From Octopus bimaculoides (taxonomy: Eukaryota), in the NCBI RefSeq assembly GCF_001194135.2, contig NC_068990.1, positions 68,176,801 to 68,240,800 of the forward strand: a stretch of DNA of 64,000 nt. The letters are read 5' to 3'. Numbering within the stretch: position 1 is the stretch's first letter; every line of letters starts with the position of its first letter. The position numbers were made by a program, and so were the translations under genes. The notes under the pieces were generated by a model that did no database searches, had not been told where the DNA came from, and saw nothing but the letters and a program-made list of their open reading frames with translations. This document shows positions 62,270 to 64,000 of this stretch, in pieces.

Positions 62270-63040
62270 TGGCATTAAGAAGGGCATCCAGCCATAGAAA
62301 CTATGCCAAATCAGACTGGAGTCTGGCACAACTCTCCAGCTCGCCAGCTCTGGTCAAACCATCAATCCATGCCAGCATGAACAAAGGATGTCAGACGATG
62401 ATGATTTGCACACATACACACAGACATACATATATTGGGCTTCTCGTAGTGTCTGTCTATCAGATTTCTGAACATGGCATTGGTTGGTCTGGAGCTACAC
62501 TAGACAAACACTTCTCCAATGTGTTGCACAGTGGGACTGAACCTGAAAGCATATGATTGTGATGCAAACTTCTTAACCACACAAACATACCTGTACATAG
62601 ATAAATAGAAATACTATGGAACATAACTTATGAACACAAACTGAAAGCCTATGTATTTGTCACATAGATTTGGCACACCTTCACCTCCAGCTTTTCTATC
62701 TCTGACAGGAATAGTCATGTATCGCCTCTACAGTAAGGCTCCCTGTTTCTATTCCTGTATTATACTTCAACCTCTCATCACTTGGCACAAAGCTACCTCC
62801 CTCAATACCACTCCCCTCCTCAGATGAAGAGTTTATGATTTGTAAGTTATGTGGTGACCTCACTGTTGCTGGTGCCATGTAAAAAATACCTGTGGTGTGA
62901 TTGGCATTAAGAAAAACATTTGGCTGTTGAAACCATACTGAAGCTGACAGTAGAACTTGGTGCAGTCCTCTGGCTTGCCAGCTCCTTTTAAAACATCCAG
63001 CTAATGCCAGCATGGAAAATGGAATCAAATGATGATGATC
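62270..63040 (+). mobile_element. Two tail-E modules (62270-62405, 62850-63040) around an inverted SINE-A 5' module (62440-62600)
   Basis: GGCATTAAGAAGGGCATCCAGCCATAGAAAC...CCATGCCAGCATG...(GAT)n occurs twice. Confidence 0.7.
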
Positions 63041-63485
63041 ACCTAGAGAAGAGGGGAGAGTAATGGACCAAGGTTCTGCAACTATTTGTTGAACAACCTG
63101 CACTGATGATTTGTTTACAGTGATCAGAAGTTTGCACTACATAAAAGCTCATTCCCTCCATCAAATCAACATTGCCTATACAGGTGCAACATGAAATGAA
63201 AAGGTTTGCATGAGGACACAATGCACTGCTTGGTGCAAGAATTGAACCCATGCTCTGGATGTCACCTTGGAGGATGCAGAGTGGATGGCATTGGACTACC
63301 AACATTGGAGAGCATAGGTGGACTTAGTTGGCTCTACACATGATGATGTCTCTGGAACCACTAACCTGGGATGAACACCAGCCCCATCAAGTAAGAGCAT
63401 GAAGCAAGCAAAGCAGGAAGAATTTTGTAATCATGAGTTGAACACTCTAACCCTTAGTCCACACACTTTCATAAGAAAGAGTAGT

Positions 63486-63580
63486 ATCTCTCTCTCTCTC
63501 ACTCTCTCTCTCTCTCACTCTCTCTCTCTCTCACTCTCTCTCTCTCTCACNNNNNNNNNNCTCACTCTCTCTCTCTCTCA

Positions 63581-63600
<20 letters not shown>
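63486..63600. repeat. (CT)n/(CTCTCTCACT)n microsatellite
   Basis: Direct inspection; contains a 10-N gap. Confidence 0.95.
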
Positions 63601-63615
<15 letters not shown>

Positions 63616-64000
63616 GATATATATATAGTGAAAACAAGCAAAAGTGAAAGAAATGGAAAAATTTTTACTTGAATTACCCATGAAAGAGAGATCATTTACC
63701 AAGACAACACGACTTGGCACCTTTCCAATTGTTTTGTATTAAATGATTTTAAGGTCATTGAGGAGAGTAAACAAAACTGAAGAACATGGTATATACAAGT
63801 TCTTGTAGGTTTTGATTAAATATCATATTCTCTTGGAGCAAACCTGACATGTGGAATTTGTGTAAATTAACCTCTGGACAAAGGGTACTATTAATTTTTT
63901 CCTTTTATTTTTTGCTGTGTATTTTAAACATTTTTTTGCTTCACTTGGTTTCATGGATTATTTTATTTTTTGTGTTTAGTTTGTTCTAAACACTTGCTTT

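Noticed and set aside
1110-63647. Most ORFs in the track (poly-Y/I, C/V, T/H, N, L peptides and X-filled ORFs)
   Set aside because: They are translations of (TA)n, (TG)n, (CA)n, (AAT)n, (AAC)n repeats or N-gaps and have no domain content.

Overview
AT-rich eukaryotic scaffold with 13 N-gaps and dense (TA)n/(CA)n/(AAT)n microsatellites. The SINE repertoire and composition suggest a coleoid cephalopod (Octopus-like); this is an inference, not a database match. I could not identify any host protein-coding gene. Most listed ORFs are microsatellite or gap artefacts, and every ORF with recognisable homology is a decayed transposon fragment: three R4/Dong-like REL-endonuclease LINE 3' ends, two RTE LINE pieces, a Helitron Rep remnant and an ISL2EU-like SWIM fragment. 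The rest is mainly four tRNA-derived SINE families (working labels A-D), piggyBac- and mariner-type MITEs, a long palindromic foldback family (3 copies) and a cryptic minisatellite. The most interesting object is a ~550-bp palindrome at 32.5-33.0 kb. Each arm is a Pol III tRNA-like head, a microsatellite and a minimal type I hammerhead ribozyme of the Penelope-associated kind, and the two arms face outward. A second, variant-core hammerhead-like motif lies at 37-73. A CpG-retaining, ETS-motif-bearing domain at ~46.1-49.2 kb may be a promoter region and carries the ISL2EU-like insertion.
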